Origin: Ignavibacteriales bacterium
Lineage (GTDB): Bacteria > Bacteroidota > Ignavibacteria > UBA10030 > UBA6906
DNA: 64,000 nucleotides
Direction: 5' to 3'
Assembly (NCBI GenBank): GCA_037441705.1
Contig: JBBIRR010000010.1
Location: 19,597-83,596 of the forward strand
Positions within the stretch are counted from its first letter, which is position 1, and each line of letters opens with the position of its first letter. The notes beneath the pieces were generated by a model that saw only the letters and a list, made by a program, of their open reading frames with translations, was not told the origin of the DNA and did no database searches. Below are positions 30,664 through 40,450 of this stretch, piece after piece. The position numbers were made by a program, and so were the translations under genes.

Positions 30664-30927
30664 AGGAACATCTCCTTTTGTAAGAAGTGATCGATGCTGT
30701 ACGGCAGAGCCGCCCACTATGGGGCACCAGATTTATTGCCTCTTAATAGCCAACAGCTCTGGTAGCGGGTGTCCACACTCGACTATCACCGCTGTTTTGC
30801 CGTCCGCCGAACGTTCGCTCGAACTTCTCTGCGGGAACGGAACCATTAAAAGTGCAAAAACGGTGTACTGTCATTTGCGGATTCAAGATAGCGGTTTCGA
30901 ACTGCAATTGCAAGCTGGGGAGATGTC

Positions 30928-30970
30928 AAAAAAACGAAAGGGCAGAACGTATCGCAGCGTTCTGCCCTCT
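30928..30970 (-). terminator. Rho-independent terminator downstream of the small-ORF pair
   Basis: AGGGCAGAACG/CGTTCTGCCCT 11-bp stem followed on the minus strand by TTCGTTTTTTT. Confidence 0.8.
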
Positions 30971-31022
30971 TCAGGGATATCTGTTCCCCTCCCACCGGGG
31001 GGACCAGCGAAGCGGGATGGCC

Positions 31023-31184
31023 TCAACCCGTGATGAGATCGTCCACGTCGTACAGGAGATTCACATCCACCGTCCGCCCTTCGGAGCGTAGGACGACGGG
31101 CACCGCCGTCGCTTTGCGCCGCGCGAAAATCAGCGGGATGGCTACCAGCACGCCGATAAGCGTTGTGATAGTAAGCGTCTTCAT
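31023..31184 (-). CDS. Small 53-aa single-TM protein
   Basis: MKTLTITTLIGVLVAIPLIFARRKA...LYDVDDLITG; followed by a terminator. Confidence 0.6.
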   Translation of the reverse strand: MKTLTITTLIGVLVAIPLIFARRKATAVPVVLRSEGRTVDVNLLYDVDDLITG

Positions 31185-31198
31185 GCGTTGGCCTTGGA

Positions 31199-31348
31199 TT
31201 ATTGGATACACATAAACACTTCGTCACTCAGAATGGAGCTGTAGGTGACGGCATACCATGCTTGCACGTCAATCTCTTCCATCAGAATCATCTCCAAGAA
31301 CTCGCGCTCGTTTTTCGAGAGTTCGTTGAACCGATACAGTTTTTTCAT
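31199..31348 (-). CDS. Small 49-aa acidic protein (below ORF-track cutoff)
   Basis: Manual translation MKKLYRFNELSKNEREFLEMILMEEIDVQAWYAVTYSSILSDEVFMCIQ; GGGGGA RBS upstream. Confidence 0.55.
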   Translation of the reverse strand: MKKLYRFNELSKNEREFLEMILMEEIDVQAWYAVTYSSILSDEVFMCIQ

Positions 31349-31398
31349 GGCATCCCCCGCCTGTTAAGTGGTGAATTCTCCGTTCACCTATCTATGTG

Positions 31399-31415
31399 TA
31401 CGAATTGTGTGCCAG
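31399..31415 (-). promoter_or_regulatory. Possible sigma54-type promoter for the small-ORF pair
   Basis: Minus strand CTGGCACACAATTCGTA versus consensus TGGCAC-N5-TTGCW. Confidence 0.4.
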
Positions 31416-31666
31416 AAAAGATTCTCTCGAATTCTCATCATCTTGTGTGCACCACGAACACAATCATGGACAGGCCATGAACTTTTTGCCTACTTCACCT
31501 CACACCGTGGGGAAGTTCTTACAACATGTGAGCGGCGGCAGGATGCTTTCAATTCAAGAGGAAATTTCCTATGTTGAATACGAATCAGGCGTCGTTCTCC
31601 CCTACGGAAGCACCGATTTCCGGAACAACTCATCCCTTTCGTGCACACATTGAAGGAGAATCTCTC

Positions 31667-32722
31667 ATGGTGAAAGATATTGAGCAACTTCTGGGTGCTG
31701 ATGCGAAGTACCTCCTGGATCATCAGTGCAAGACCATTCCCAAGGAGGCGCTTCACCTGCCGGGACCGGATTTCGTGGACCGTGTTTGGGTGGGCAGTGA
31801 CAGGAAACCCGGCGTGCTGCGTAGCCTTCAGCAAATGTTCAACCACGGTCGGCTTGCCGGCACAGGCTATCTTTCCATCCTGCCGGTGGACCAGGGCATC
31901 GAGCATTCTGCGGGAGCGTCCTTCGCCCCCAATCCGATCTACTTCGATCCGGAGAACATCGTTAAGCTCGCGCTCGAAGGTGGATGCAATGCCGTTGCCT
32001 CAACACTCGGCGTGCTCGGCTCCGTTGCCCGAAAATACGCGCACAAGATTCCTTTCATCCTCAAATTCAATCACAACGAGTTTATTTCCTACCCGAATAC
32101 CTATGACCAGATCATCTTCGCGAGTATTGATCAGGCGTTCGATATGGGCTGCGTTGCGGTCGGGGCGACGATCTACTATGGGTCGGAGGAGTCGAAGCGC
32201 CAGATCCAGGAGGTGACCGAAGCGTTTCGCTACGCTCACGAGCTGGGAATGGCAACCGTTCTGTGGTGCTATCTGCGCAATGCGGCGTTCAAGACCAAGG
32301 AAAAAGACTACCACGTCTCTGCCGACCTCACGGGTCAGGCAAATCATCTCGGCGTCACGATCGAGGCCGATATCATCAAGCAGAAGCTTCCTGAAAACAA
32401 CGGCGGCTACAACGCGCTGAACTTCGGTAAGACGCACAAGAAAGTCTATGAGCAGCTGACCAGCGATCATCCGATCGATCTGACGCGCTACCAGGTTGCT
32501 AACTGCTACATGGGACGCTCCGGCCTGATCAATTCCGGCGGCGCCTCCGCGGGCGAAAGCGATCTGGCAGAGGCGGCGCGCACCGCCGTCATCAACAAGC
32601 GAGCGGGAGGGATGGGGTTGATTTCGGGACGCAAGGCATTCCAGAGACCGATGGCTGAAGGCATCAAGATTCTCAATACGATTCAGGACGTGTACCTGAC
32701 GAAAGAGATCACCGTGGCATAA
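31667..32722 (+). CDS. fbaB: Class I fructose-bisphosphate aldolase
   Basis: [62 protein letters not shown]. Confidence 0.96.
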   Translation: MVKDIEQLLGADAKYLLDHQCKTIPKEALHLPGPDFVDRVWVGSDRKPGVLRSLQQMFNHGRLAGTGYLSILPVDQGIEHSAGASFAPNPIYFDPENIVKLALEGGCNAVASTLGVLGSVARKYAHKIPFILKFNHNEFISYPNTYDQIIFASIDQAFDMGCVAVGATIYYGSEESKRQIQEVTEAFRYAHELGMATVLWCYLRNAAFKTKEKDYHVSADLTGQANHLGVTIEADIIKQKLPENNGGYNALNFGKTHKKVYEQLTSDHPIDLTRYQVANCYMGRSGLINSGGASAGESDLAEAARTAVINKRAGGMGLISGRKAFQRPMAEGIKILNTIQDVYLTKEITVA

Positions 32723-32843
32723 GCAGATGTTGTGGGCGTTCTCTTCGATCGTTTCGAAGAGAACGTCCAGTTGTTGTGCCTTACAAGCTTCCCCAGTCTT
32801 CACCCGACCGCATATCACCAGCCAACGAATTGAAGAGGCAGCA

Positions 32844-33950
32844 ATGGCAAAGTCTCCATCGGTCACGCACAAAACAGCCAGGCCATCCTCGCTCGATCCG
32901 CTGATCGAAAAGCTCAACTCCTTCTCCGCCGACAACTATTGGGATCTTGGAAAATTTCTGGTAGAGAGAGTCATCCCCACCGCGTTGAAGGAGGGCATCT
33001 TCGGCGATCAGATTCTGAAGCGGATGGCAGACGTGCCGGGGTTCAAGTTCCCCTACCACATGTTGAAGCAGTGCCAGATGTTCTATACCTACTACCCCGA
33101 CGTCGAAAAGCGACCGCTGCCGGAAATTTTCTACTTCGAACTTGCCACGAAGGTTGATGACAGCAAGAAGCGTGCGGAGTACGAGAAGCTGGCGCTCGCT
33201 CACAAATGGACGATCTCCGACCTGCAGCGCAAAATTCGCGAGGACGAGCTTGCGCGCCGTGAAGATGAAAAGACGCGGTTCGGTTTTGACTTGAAAGAAA
33301 GGAACATCTGGTCGTTCGACACGCCCGATCCACGATTTGGAAAGCCGGGGTACAAGGGGAGACTCGCGGGCCAAATCGTCGCCAACGCACTGTACTACTA
33401 CACCGAGCCTGGCTGGTTTGTCGTCGATCCCATGGCGGGCAGCGGCACAACCGGCGATGTGATTGCCGGCGTGCCATATTTTTCATCTCTTCGCTGCGCG
33501 CTGTACGACATCGAGCCGAGCGACAACCGGATTCAACGCGCCAACGTCTTGCAAACCGGTATTCCCGAACAATCCGGCACCGTGGACTATGTGTTTCTCG
33601 ATCCGCCTGCAGATTTCTTCCCCAAAGCCGACCACCCTGAGTTCTCTCCTGCGGCGGCAAAAGCGGAAACGATGATGAAGCTGAAGACGATTCTGCGCGA
33701 AGGCGTCCGCGTGCTGCGATCGGGGGGCAGACTTTCGATCATCGTCGAGGCAACGATGGGAGCGTTCGGCTTCGTGGATTTTCCCTACGAAGTCTCGTCG
33801 GTGATGCGGGAATTGGCGATGATACCGCTCGGCAAAGTATACCTTCCGCGCCGGGGTGAACCGCTGCGCAGCCGAGCACACATCACGGCAGGGGGTGTAC
33901 GCCCGATGGCAAGCGATTGTCGGGAGCTGCTCACATTTCAAAAACCCTGA
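32844..33950 (+). CDS. DUF1016/YhcG N-terminal domain fused to an N4/N6-type SAM-dependent methyltransferase domain
   Basis: N-term YWDLG..G..IL....PGF...L..C..FY..YP...R..YE..A...KWTISDLQRKI; C-term VVDPMAGSGTT, YDI, VFLDPPA, RVLRSGG. Confidence 0.72.
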   Translation: MAKSPSVTHKTARPSSLDPLIEKLNSFSADNYWDLGKFLVERVIPTALKEGIFGDQILKRMADVPGFKFPYHMLKQCQMFYTYYPDVEKRPLPEIFYFELATKVDDSKKRAEYEKLALAHKWTISDLQRKIREDELARREDEKTRFGFDLKERNIWSFDTPDPRFGKPGYKGRLAGQIVANALYYYTEPGWFVVDPMAGSGTTGDVIAGVPYFSSLRCALYDIEPSDNRIQRANVLQTGIPEQSGTVDYVFLDPPADFFPKADHPEFSPAAAKAETMMKLKTILREGVRVLRSGGRLSIIVEATMGAFGFVDFPYEVSSVMRELAMIPLGKVYLPRRGEPLRSRAHITAGGVRPMASDCRELLTFQKP

Positions 33951-33958
33951 GGTGACTC

Positions 33959-34249
33959 ATGGCAGAACGCAGGAAGCTGAACGAAGAAGAAATCCAATCA
34001 GCCCTGACAACTCTCGGGGGATGGAACATCCAGAGCGGAAAGCTCCACAAGGAATTCCGCTTCACCAACTTCAGCGAAGCCTTCGGCTTCATGACGCGCG
34101 TCGCCCTCATTGCAGAGGCCATGAATCATCACCCCGAGTGGTTCAATGTGTACAACAAGGTCGTGATCGACCTGACGACGCACGACGTTGGCGGCATCAG
34201 CAGCCTGGATGTTGAGTTTGCGAGAAGGGTGGAAAAGCTGATGGGGTAA
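33959..34249 (+). CDS. Pterin-4-alpha-carbinolamine dehydratase
   Basis: F.F.NF.EAFGFM.RVAL.AE.MNHHPEW.NVYN.V...LTTHD.GG. Confidence 0.95.
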   Translation: MAERRKLNEEEIQSALTTLGGWNIQSGKLHKEFRFTNFSEAFGFMTRVALIAEAMNHHPEWFNVYNKVVIDLTTHDVGGISSLDVEFARRVEKLMG

Positions 34250-34263
34250 GGGACAGAGAATCA

Positions 34264-34899
34264 TCATCTCTGTGCATTGACGTACTGCAGCAACCGGGAT
34301 TCAATCTCGCTGCGTATTGCCTTCCAATCAACATCCCACAACATGTTCGGCATTGGTTCTCGCTCTGCATCGTCGAAATAACTGAGAGCGCGGAGGAGAT
34401 GAGCAATGTCCCTCGTTCCGTACTTCTTCTTGTAGAGACGAATGAGAGTATCAGGAGGCTTGTGGTTCTTCAAGATGGCATAGAGATCAACGAAATCCCG
34501 CCTCGCCCCCCGATGTCCAATCGTTGACAGCTTCATGCACGCAATATCATCCAGCGATGCAAGCTTGCAGCCGAGTGAATCAGCGACGGGGGCCAGAAGT
34601 GGGTACCGATACTCTATGAACGAGACTTGCACACCGCCTATCAGCATATAAAGCGTTCCCCGACCGGTGGAGACGACCTTGAGAGGAATCCCTCCGCCAC
34701 TTAATCGAGCCTCAAGCTCCCTTAGATTTGGCAGTGATGCTGGGGTGAACCAATCCAGATACTCAGAACGACGATGTCCCAAATACAACGCTGCGGCGGT
34801 CCCTCCGGCAAGGTAGAAGCGTGTTCGCTTCAAGCGCGGGCACAGAAGACTGAGGACCTCACGTTGTCTTTCTGAGAGGATTTCGGCGTGTGGTGTCAT
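34264..34899 (-). CDS. AbiEii-family nucleotidyltransferase toxin (catalytic Asp apparently replaced)
   Basis: FYLAGGTA.AL.LGHR.SEYLDWF, DIACMKL..I..RG..RDFVDLY, L.YF.DAE. Confidence 0.85.
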   Translation of the reverse strand: MTPHAEILSERQREVLSLLCPRLKRTRFYLAGGTAAALYLGHRRSEYLDWFTPASLPNLRELEARLSGGGIPLKVVSTGRGTLYMLIGGVQVSFIEYRYPLLAPVADSLGCKLASLDDIACMKLSTIGHRGARRDFVDLYAILKNHKPPDTLIRLYKKKYGTRDIAHLLRALSYFDDAEREPMPNMLWDVDWKAIRSEIESRLLQYVNAQR

Positions 34900-35233
34900 G
34901 ATGCAGGCGGTTGTACCAGGGATTTTGCTTCGCCGTGGCAATCCATTTGCTCACGCGCCTATGGTCGAGGCCCAGCACGAGTTCCCAAAAGCGAAGCGCC
35001 TGGGGATCAAGTCCGCGCCCCTCGCGCCGCAGCATCCAGCGTCGGAGGTAGTTGTCGGAGACTCGTTGTCGAAGGTACTGAACGGTTTTCCAATCACCGT
35101 AGGTCAGCACGCGTTCGATGATATAGTCAAGATTCTTCTCCCACGTCAGTTCCTTGAAGTCCACATCCCAGAAGAGCCACTTGAGCCGGGAAGGAAGGGG
35201 AGTGCCTTTGCGTTGCGCCCTGTTCGTTCTCAT
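34859..35233 (-). CDS. DUF6922-like putative antitoxin
   Basis: LFWDVD..L......YIIERVL.YG.W; directly upstream of AbiEii. Confidence 0.75.
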   Translation of the reverse strand: MRTNRAQRKGTPLPSRLKWLFWDVDFKELTWEKNLDYIIERVLTYGDWKTVQYLRQRVSDNYLRRWMLRREGRGLDPQALRFWELVLGLDHRRVSKWIATAKQNPWYNRLHHDTTRRNPLRKTT

Positions 35234-35830
35234 CTATTTTGTGAGCGACTGTACAAGCGCGTTGAAATCCTTCTCTGCCGCGCCCACCGTCTTCGCCGGT
35301 CCTGTCAGTTTGAAGAACACCGAACCTTCCGGTGCGGCAACAATTGCTCCGAGCAGGCGGTAGTTTTCGTGCTTGCCGGTGGCTTGCATCATGGGTCCGC
35401 CGGGCGCGAGATACGTGCCAGCAATCTTCACCAACACCACCTTCAGCCCGTTCACTTCCTTGGTTGATTGTTCCGGTCCCTTGGGGTTTTCGAACTGCTG
35501 CACCCAGCGGTCAATGTTCATCTGCACGCTGCCACCCTGTTCGCTGCCGAAGAAAAACACGCCGCACTCGGCTCCTTCCGTATCGCCCGCCGCGGCAGGA
35601 ATCGTGTAGGTCGTGACGCGCATCTGCCGGGCAGGCGCCGCGCTCCACGACGAGGGAACCGTCCAGCGAATGCCCGCAACTGCCCGCACCACCTCGCCGC
35701 TGATGTCGGGATGGCCCGGGGGCAACTGTTGCTGCGTGAGTTCCGGTGGTGGAGGTGGAGTCTGCTGCTTTTGTTCGCATGCGGAGAAAACAATGGTGGT
35801 AGCAATGATAAACACTACGCTATGCTTCAT
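35234..35830 (-). CDS. Hypothetical lipoprotein
   Basis: Lipobox FSAC; LPPGHPD, W.VP..W, GG....NIDRW..QF, FFKLTGP. Confidence 0.75.
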   Translation of the reverse strand: MKHSVVFIIATTIVFSACEQKQQTPPPPPELTQQQLPPGHPDISGEVVRAVAGIRWTVPSSWSAAPARQMRVTTYTIPAAAGDTEGAECGVFFFGSEQGGSVQMNIDRWVQQFENPKGPEQSTKEVNGLKVVLVKIAGTYLAPGGPMMQATGKHENYRLLGAIVAAPEGSVFFKLTGPAKTVGAAEKDFNALVQSLTK

Positions 35831-35922
35831 TCGGATACCCTTTCTCTCGATCTGTTCTGTTTGTGTGTTGGTATGATAGCGGATTTGCCGATGGCAATCA
35901 AATGGAAATCGCGGGCAAGAAT

Positions 35923-36681
35923 TCAATGCGAGGAGAGTTCCCGAAACCGCCTCTCGGCGTCGGCTTTGTTCTGGATGTCGCGCGCGGTAATGATGGGCAG
36001 GTTCACCACGCATGCAAACTCTTCGCGTGCAAGTTCTTCTTTTCCCCAATCAAGATACAGCATGGCAAGCTCGTAATGATGGCGTGGGGCGTCGGGATTC
36101 AGCGCGATCGCTTTCTTCAATGCCTGCTCTCCATATTCATATGACCCGTCGGGAAGCCGACCGAGGAAGATTGCTGCAAGCTGTCGTTCGATCCAACTTA
36201 ATCCCCCAAGTGCCCGATGAAAGGAACCAAGAATAGAGTAGGCGATATCGTTGGCAGGATTGAGCTGGATGGCGCGATGGAGTTCATGCAAGATCGTGTG
36301 TGCGTACCGGATTTTCGTTCTTCCGCCGACATGCAGGGCGACGCTGCCGAGTGCAGCAGCGTACCAGGTATGCGTGTCCGCTGAAAGCGAGTCGAGTTCG
36401 ACGGCCCGTCGTGCATGCAGTTCTGCTTCGCGGTACAGCCGCTCGCTGGCTTCACCTTCTTCGACATCTCCCATACAAATCAGCACGCGTGCAAGCCGCC
36501 AGAGGACTGCCGCCGAATCGGTGTGGCGCAAAGCCGAGCGATACTCTTCGACCGCAAGCTGGTAGTTGAGCGCACCAAACGCAGAATCGCCGCGGACAAC
36601 TTCTTCCGGGCGATTCTGCGCATGCAGCAATGATGCAACGAGGACGACGGAGGAGAGGACACAGCTATTTCGCCGCCACAC
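35923..36681 (-). CDS. Exported TPR protein
   Basis: Signal peptide, TPR helices, LSWIER motif; overlaps the upstream desaturase gene. Confidence 0.75.
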   Translation of the reverse strand: MWRRNSCVLSSVVLVASLLHAQNRPEEVVRGDSAFGALNYQLAVEEYRSALRHTDSAAVLWRLARVLICMGDVEEGEASERLYREAELHARRAVELDSLSADTHTWYAAALGSVALHVGGRTKIRYAHTILHELHRAIQLNPANDIAYSILGSFHRALGGLSWIERQLAAIFLGRLPDGSYEYGEQALKKAIALNPDAPRHHYELAMLYLDWGKEELAREEFACVVNLPIITARDIQNKADAERRFRELSSH

Positions 36682-37519
36682 GTCTCACCTCAGACCCGGA
36701 GCTCAGCGAAGGTTTGCCGAACGGTCGAAATGCAAACACGAACTGTCGGAAATATCCTTCGGGCACGTAGGTCTTCAATCCATACTCCTGCGCCTTTTCC
36801 GCCGGCAACCACGCCGTGCCGAATATCCAATCCCAGATAGCCAGCTTTGTTGCAAAGTTCCGATTTCGCCCCTTGCTCGGTGTGTGATGCAAGCGGTGCA
36901 TCTCGGGTCCGTTGATGAACTGTTGCAGCTTTCCGGTGTGTACATCGAGATTGGAGTGAATGTACATGCCCCAGACAGCGCTGATGACGCCCTTGTAGGA
37001 AACGACTTCGGGAGAAGCGCTGAGCAACACGATCGGCATGAACTCGACGGTTTGGTTGATGAGAATCTCGAACGCGTGCGAGCGAGAGCCGGAAAGCCAA
37101 TCCACTTTCTTCGGCGAATGATGTGCCTCATGAATACGCCAGAGAAACTTGTTGTTGTGCTGCCAGCGGTGCATCCAGTAGATGTAGAAGTCATGAGTGA
37201 CCGTAAAGAAAACGAGCTGTGCCCACAGCGGCCAGTCGCCCATCAGTTGCAACCGCGACAACCCCGTCCACTCGTCCACCGTACGGATGATGTAGTTAAA
37301 GATGATGATGCCGAGGATGTAGCTCTGCGCAATGGTGTAGAGGGCGAGATCGTCGAAGAACCCTTCGCGCAGCACCTCCTGTCCCGGGTTGTAGGGGAAA
37401 ATGCGTTCGAGAATGACAAACAGAGTCGCCGCGCTCGCGATCATGATGATGGACGCAAGTTCAGCATCCGACATCCGCGCGAAGTAATTCACAACCCATT
37501 GCATAACATCTGAAAGCAT
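36665..37519 (-). CDS. Fatty acid hydroxylase / sterol desaturase family protein
   Basis: His boxes YWMHRWQH, LWRIHEAHHS, YIHSN, HRLHH; NFA...IWD.IFGT. Confidence 0.9.
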   Translation of the reverse strand: MLSDVMQWVVNYFARMSDAELASIIMIASAATLFVILERIFPYNPGQEVLREGFFDDLALYTIAQSYILGIIIFNYIIRTVDEWTGLSRLQLMGDWPLWAQLVFFTVTHDFYIYWMHRWQHNNKFLWRIHEAHHSPKKVDWLSGSRSHAFEILINQTVEFMPIVLLSASPEVVSYKGVISAVWGMYIHSNLDVHTGKLQQFINGPEMHRLHHTPSKGRNRNFATKLAIWDWIFGTAWLPAEKAQEYGLKTYVPEGYFRQFVFAFRPFGKPSLSSGSEVRRVAAK

Positions 37520-37530
37520 ACGCTTGACTC

Positions 37531-37610
37531 CAATCCATCAATCCATCAATGCATCACTCCATCACTCCATCACTCCACCACTCCATCACTCCATCACTCC
37601 ACCACTCCTC
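37531..37610. repeat. Tandem 8-bp repeat (CACTCCAT-like), about 10 copies
   Basis: caatccat caatccat caatgcat cactccat cactccat cactccac cactccat cactccat cactccac cactcctc. Confidence 0.9.
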
Positions 37611-38511
37611 ACACTCTCACACCCTCCTCCTCGCTCTTCACCCGCCGAAGCTTCTCCCGTTGCTTCAGCTCTTCGGGGTAGACTTTCTTGATACCGTCGC
37701 CCATCGCTTTCTCGATATCGCGGATGTTGGCGACGAGTCTCATCAATCCGCCGATCTCGACCGATGCCGCCTGATCGCTGCCCCACATCGCGCGGTCGAG
37801 CGTGATGTGCCGTTCGACGAACGTCGCTCCGAGCGACACCGCCGCCCACGTCGGTGACAGGCCCACCTCGTGCCCCGAATACCCGATGGGGCACTCGGGA
37901 TAGCGCTGCTTCAGCACGGGAATCACCCGCAAGTTCAACTGCTCCGGCGGACAGGGATAGGTCGAGGTCGTGTGAGCGATGAGGAGATGTTTCTTGCCGA
38001 GCACCCGTACCGCACGATCGATCTCCTCCATCGTTGACATGCCCGTTGAGAGGATCAACGGCTTTCCTGTTGCTCGGTGTTCCAGCAGGAGATCGATGTC
38101 CGTTACCGCAGCCGACGCGATCTTGTAGCAGGGGGGATTGAACTGTTCCATGAACGCTACGGAATCCTCATCCCAACACGATGCGAACCAGAGAATGCCT
38201 CGATCCTTGCAGTGACGGTCAATTGCTTCGTACTCTCTCTGTCCGAACTCGACCTTGTACCGATAGTCGATGTAGGTCATGCGTCCCCACGGCGTATCGC
38301 GTTCGATGTACCACTGATCCTTCGGCACGCACTTTTCGGGATTGCGTTTTTGGAACTTGACGGCATCGCAGCCCGCGAGGACGGCGCCGTCAATCAGCTT
38401 CCTGGCAAGCTCCAACGATCCGTTATGATTGATGCCGATTTCCGCGATCACGAACACCGGCTGGCCGTCCCCGACCATCTTGTTGCCGATACGAACCACT
38501 GCGTTGGCCAT
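37609..38511 (-). CDS. N-acetylneuraminate/nonulosonate synthase family (NeuB/SpsE), lacking the C-terminal SAF domain
   Basis: IAEIGINHNG, DAVKFQKR, KIASA, LSTGMST, H..STYP, GYSGHE, ERHITLDR..WGSD..AS. Confidence 0.93.
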   Translation of the reverse strand: MANAVVRIGNKMVGDGQPVFVIAEIGINHNGSLELARKLIDGAVLAGCDAVKFQKRNPEKCVPKDQWYIERDTPWGRMTYIDYRYKVEFGQREYEAIDRHCKDRGILWFASCWDEDSVAFMEQFNPPCYKIASAAVTDIDLLLEHRATGKPLILSTGMSTMEEIDRAVRVLGKKHLLIAHTTSTYPCPPEQLNLRVIPVLKQRYPECPIGYSGHEVGLSPTWAAVSLGATFVERHITLDRAMWGSDQAASVEIGGLMRLVANIRDIEKAMGDGIKKVYPEELKQREKLRRVKSEEEGVRV

Positions 38512-38535
38512 GTTACCTCCTCGATGATGTGAACA

Positions 38536-39066
38536 CTATGTGCGCTGTTGCAGCAACCATTCAGCAAAGTCTCTGAATGCGCCGTGCCCCCCATTGTACT
38601 TGCAACGATAATGTGCCACGGGCCGAACGATCGGCATGCCATCTTTCGGCGTGGCGGTAAGTCCTTCCTGTGCGAGCGCCTGCATGATCTGGAGGTCGTT
38701 GACATCATCGCCGATGTAGGCGAGGTTCTTGACCTGAAGTTGTGTTTCCTGAAGAATGTGTGGAAGATGTTGTGCCTTGTCCTGAACACCGAGATAGAGG
38801 TACGGCATGCGGAGTTTCTCTGCGCGCTTTTTCACGCTCGGTGATGTTTCGCTGGTGATGATGGCCGTCTCGATCCCTGCCTTCCGAAGCAGCTCGACCC
38901 CCATTCCGTCGCGGATGGAGAAGCGCTTGAACATCTCTCCGTTTTCTCCGTAGTAAACGCCCGTGTCCGTCAGAACGCCGTCGTTATCGGCGAGAACGAG
39001 TTTGATGTTGCGGGCACGAAGCCTGAGTTCCTTCTTCGAAAGTTTAGCTAACGCCAAGCGATTCAT
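38536..39066 (-). CDS. KdsC-like HAD phosphatase (KDO8P/KDN9P phosphatase type)
   Basis: DNDGVLTD, F..RDG.G, K, YIGDD.ND, GG.GAFR. Confidence 0.9.
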   Translation of the reverse strand: MNRLALAKLSKKELRLRARNIKLVLADNDGVLTDTGVYYGENGEMFKRFSIRDGMGVELLRKAGIETAIITSETSPSVKKRAEKLRMPYLYLGVQDKAQHLPHILQETQLQVKNLAYIGDDVNDLQIMQALAQEGLTATPKDGMPIVRPVAHYRCKYNGGHGAFRDFAEWLLQQRT

Positions 39067-39083
39067 TCTCCCAGGTACAAAGA

Positions 39084-39118
39084 ATCCACCATCCACCATC
39101 CATCATCCAAAATCCTCG
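39084..39118. repeat. Tandem 7-bp repeat (ATCCACC-like), about 5 copies
   Basis: atccacc atccacc atccatc atccaaa atcctcg. Confidence 0.75.
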
Positions 39119-39122
39119 CGCT

Positions 39123-39944
39123 CTAACACGCCGTCCATCCTCCATCCACGACGAGGTTCGCGCCCGTCATGTACGCCGAGGCATCGCTTGCCAGAAACAC
39201 AATTGCCCCTTTGTAGTCCGTCGGCGCCGCCATCCGTCCCAACGGCGTCCGCGCTGCATAGTTGCGCACGAAGAATTCATCTTGCGCATTCTCGACGCCG
39301 CCCGGCGAGAGACAATTCACCCGCACGCCTGCACGACCCCAATACGCCGCGAGAAAGCGCGTGAACGCAATGATCGCCCCTTTCGTCGTCGGGTATGCAG
39401 CCGATTTGTAGAATGCCTGCGTTCCGTCGGGACGTGTGTACAACGACTGGTCGGGCGCGACCATGCCGTACGTTGATGCAATGTTGATGATGCTGCCTTT
39501 GCCCGCCTTCGCCATCACACTCCCGATCACCTGCGAGCACACAAACGTGCCGGTCAGGTTCACATCCAACGACTTCTGCCAGAGATCGAGCGGGTAATTC
39601 TCGAACTTCGAAAGCTCCAGCGCTGCCTGGGGATTCTCAAACATATCGTTGATCGCCGCATTGTTGACGAGGACATCGATGCGGCCGAACTCCTTCAGCA
39701 CACGGTCGCGCAATGCTTCCACGGATGGTTTTTGGGTGATGTCCACGCCGCATCCCAGCGCGCGGGGTAAACCCTTGTTCATCAACTCCCCGGTAAAGGC
39801 AGCACACTGCTTCTCGTCCAGATCGGCAGCGATAACATTCGCTCCTGCTTCTGCCAGCGCGTAGCAATGGTGCTTGCCTAACAGACCGACTGCACCGGTG
39901 ACAATAGCGATTCTGTCTCTCAGCGAGAACAGGCCGTCGGTCAT
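39123..39944 (-). CDS. Short-chain dehydrogenase/reductase
   Basis: [38 protein letters not shown]. Confidence 0.93.
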   Translation of the reverse strand: MTDGLFSLRDRIAIVTGAVGLLGKHHCYALAEAGANVIAADLDEKQCAAFTGELMNKGLPRALGCGVDITQKPSVEALRDRVLKEFGRIDVLVNNAAINDMFENPQAALELSKFENYPLDLWQKSLDVNLTGTFVCSQVIGSVMAKAGKGSIINIASTYGMVAPDQSLYTRPDGTQAFYKSAAYPTTKGAIIAFTRFLAAYWGRAGVRVNCLSPGGVENAQDEFFVRNYAARTPLGRMAAPTDYKGAIVFLASDASAYMTGANLVVDGGWTAC

Positions 39945-39964
39945 TTCGTTAGCCCGAACTACCA

Positions 39965-40174
39965 TCAAAGATTCCTGAATTCGTCCTCGCTGAGCCGAGC
40001 TTGTTTGAGTATCTTCCGAAAAGTGCCTTCGGGAATATCGCGTGTGTGCATCGAGACATATGTCTGCCTTCCGTCCGGATGTCGAAGAATCTTATGCGAG
40101 CCTGTTTGCCGTCGCTCTATGAATCCTGCCCGAAGCAACTTTGCCAGAACTTCACGTGCCGAGTACGGCATCAT
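39965..40174 (-). CDS. hicA: HicA family toxin
   Basis: L...GF...RQ.GSH..L.H.DGR...V..H..DI..GT...IL.QA. Confidence 0.9.
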   Translation of the reverse strand: MMPYSAREVLAKLLRAGFIERRQTGSHKILRHPDGRQTYVSMHTRDIPEGTFRKILKQARLSEDEFRNL

Positions 40175-40397
40175 TTATCTCGAGCTTTTCGTAAAATGAC
40201 TCACCCTCGACAGGCACCGGTTCACCGTTCGCTCTTTTCTCTTCGATCCAGGCCGTAATAAGGTCAAGCGCCGCGACACGTGCGCCTTCTATACCAATGC
40301 CGTGTGTGGTGAGATCCAGTGCGGGCACGTGCGCGTAATAGTACCCCGAAGGAAAAGAGGGATCGGTTATTCGCTCAAATACGACGCTGTATGTCAT
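40152..40397 (-). CDS. hicB: HicB family antitoxin
   Basis: Y.V.FE....GYY...PAL...T.G..IE.A....D.I..W.E.....GEPVP. Confidence 0.88.
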   Translation of the reverse strand: MTYSVVFERITDPSFPSGYYYAHVPALDLTTHGIGIEGARVAALDLITAWIEEKRANGEPVPVEGESFYEKLEINDAVLGT

Positions 40398-40450
40398 GAG
40401 CTCCTCATGCTGTTACTCGTTTACTAAAGACTCCTTGGTCCATTGCAACA

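Noticed and set aside
30664-30900. Structured cspA-type 5' UTR/thermosensor RNA
   Set aside because: A long leader is plausible, but I could not identify a specific conserved structure by eye; it would need an Infernal/Rfam search
37531-37610. Possible CRISPR array
   Set aside because: Units are 8 bp with no spacers, and there are no cas genes in the window
37549-37857. Plus-strand ORF with HHSITPSL repeats
   Set aside because: Translation artefact of the intergenic 8-bp tandem repeat, antisense to neuB
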